Part shown: positions 23,217 to 24,000 of the stretch, piece by piece
Position numbering within the stretch: the first letter of the stretch is position 1
Layout of the letters: each line of letters opens with the position of its first letter
NCBI GenBank assembly: GCA_029981855.1
Contig: JARRCS010000004.1
Location: 2,074-26,073 of the forward strand
Direction: 5' to 3'
Origin: Halanaerobiales bacterium
Lineage (GTDB): Bacteria; Bacillota; Halanaerobiia; Halanaerobiales; DTU029
DNA length: 24,000 bases
Made by a program: the position numbers and the translations under genes
The notes under the pieces: model-generated
Seen by the model: only the letters and a program-made list of their open reading frames with translations
Databases searched by the model: none
Told to the model about the DNA's origin: nothing

Positions 23217-23326
23217 CTGCGACGCACTCGATGTGCTAGTGTCTAAACCATCATTGCGTAATTTTAAAGAAGGTTTAGACCGACATGCTCGATGCAAAAA
23301 GCAAATTTCTGTAGTATCTGGTTAAT
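23217..23326. repeat. Repeat-family copy D: H module copy 2, a second CTCGATG mini-hairpin and module X
   Basis: 23217-23280 aligns with 19290-19353 at 53/64, and every stem difference is compensated. 23293-23326 aligns with 19036-19070 at roughly 80% by eye (module X). It ends 5 nt from the flgF stop. Confidence 0.75.
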
Positions 23327-23331
23327 CCTAC

Positions 23332-24000
23332 TTACCCGACTCTGCCAACACTATTAACAGCCTTATCAAGGGTACTGTCAAGACTTTTAATAACCTTCTG
23401 ATTGGCCTCAAAGATACGGTTAACCTCAATCATCCTGACCATCTCCTGAAGGGTTTTAACATTGGAGCTCTCTAGATAACCCTGTCTTAACCGGTAGCCG
23501 GCCGTAAGCTGCTCTCCTGCGGTCCGGCTGCTGTAAAGATTATCTCCAATCTTCTCTAGCTGACTTTTATCCGGGAAGTCTACGATCAAGAAACGGTCAC
23601 CGCGTAGATTTCCCAGGTGAAGCCGTCCGTTACCGTCAATTTTGATCTCCCTGCCGGTAATCGTCTGGAGCGGTCCCCTCTCACCCCTGACCGGGTAACC
23701 CTGTTGAGTAACTATCTGCCCCTGCTGATTAAGGGTGAAGTTGCCGTTACGGGTATATCTAAGTCCTGCCGGGGTCTCAATCACAAAGAAACCATCACCC
23801 TCCAGAGCTACATCCAGCTTATTACCGGTATGTTTTAGATAACCCTGCCTGAAATCTGTATAGGTCTCCTCCAGGCTGACACCGGTACTCATAGAACCGA
23901 TATCCCCCGCTTTCCGGCCTTCTTCAATCCGGGAGATTAAAACCTCGGGAAAGGACTGTTCTATCCCTTCATCACGCTTAAAACCGGCGGTACTGGCATT
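23332..24000 (-). CDS. flgF: Flagellar basal-body rod protein FlgF (N-terminus beyond the window)
   Basis: The reading frame stays open to position 24000 (...NASTAGFKRDEGIEQSFPEVLISRIEEGRKAGDIGSMSTGVS...), so the ORF-track ATG at 23892 is internal. The C-terminal part GYLESSNVKTLQEMVRMIEVNRIFEANQKVI is a rod-protein signature. Confidence 0.8.
   Translation of the reverse strand, partial: NASTAGFKRDEGIEQSFPEVLISRIEEGRKAGDIGSMSTGVSLEETYTDFRQGYLKHTGNKLDVALEGDGFFVIETPAGLRYTRNGNFTLNQQGQIVTQQGYPVRGERGPLQTITGREIKIDGNGRLHLGNLRGDRFLIVDFPDKSQLEKIGDNLYSSRTAGEQLTAGYRLRQGYLESSNVKTLQEMVRMIEVNRIFEANQKVIKSLDSTLDKAVNSVGRVG

Overview
This is a single-orientation chromosomal window: every supported gene is on the minus strand. 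The backbone looks Firmicute-like (comFC, hpf, secA, prfB, ftsEX, as near the B. subtilis comF-hpf-secA-prfB region) but also carries diderm-type functions. Reading along the minus strand from 24000 to 1, the order is: flgF (partial), flgG, flgA, flgH (L-ring), flgI (P-ring), and a single-domain FlgJ-like rod-binding protein. Next come a secreted SpoIID/phosphodiester-glycosidase fusion, a split heptose pathway (hldA, hldC), a 42-aa ORF, sigH, comFC, a cold-shock protein, hpf and an FMN glutamate-synthase-family protein. The window ends with secA, prfB (with its programmed +1 frameshift), DUF2993, DUF5693, csaB, tagA, yitT, a degenerate ftsE-like gene and the start of ftsX. I see no rRNA, tRNA, CRISPR array, transposase or novel multi-gene protein system. 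The unexplained signal is noncoding. A modular repeat family with inverted-repeat ends occupies every sizeable intergenic gap of the flg cluster and recurs about 17 kb away at the csaB/tagA junction. Two copies of one module differ by 11 substitutions; 8 of them form 4 fully compensated base pairs. The longest copy contains a 153-nt three-way-junction fold whose two hairpin loops both read CAGGATG on the plus strand (CsrB/Rsm-like GGA loops). That copy also appears to have replaced the conserved C-terminus of FlgI. A separate GC-rich structured element of about 130 nt lies downstream of the flgJ-like gene. All homology calls come from reading the translations by eye; no database search was run.
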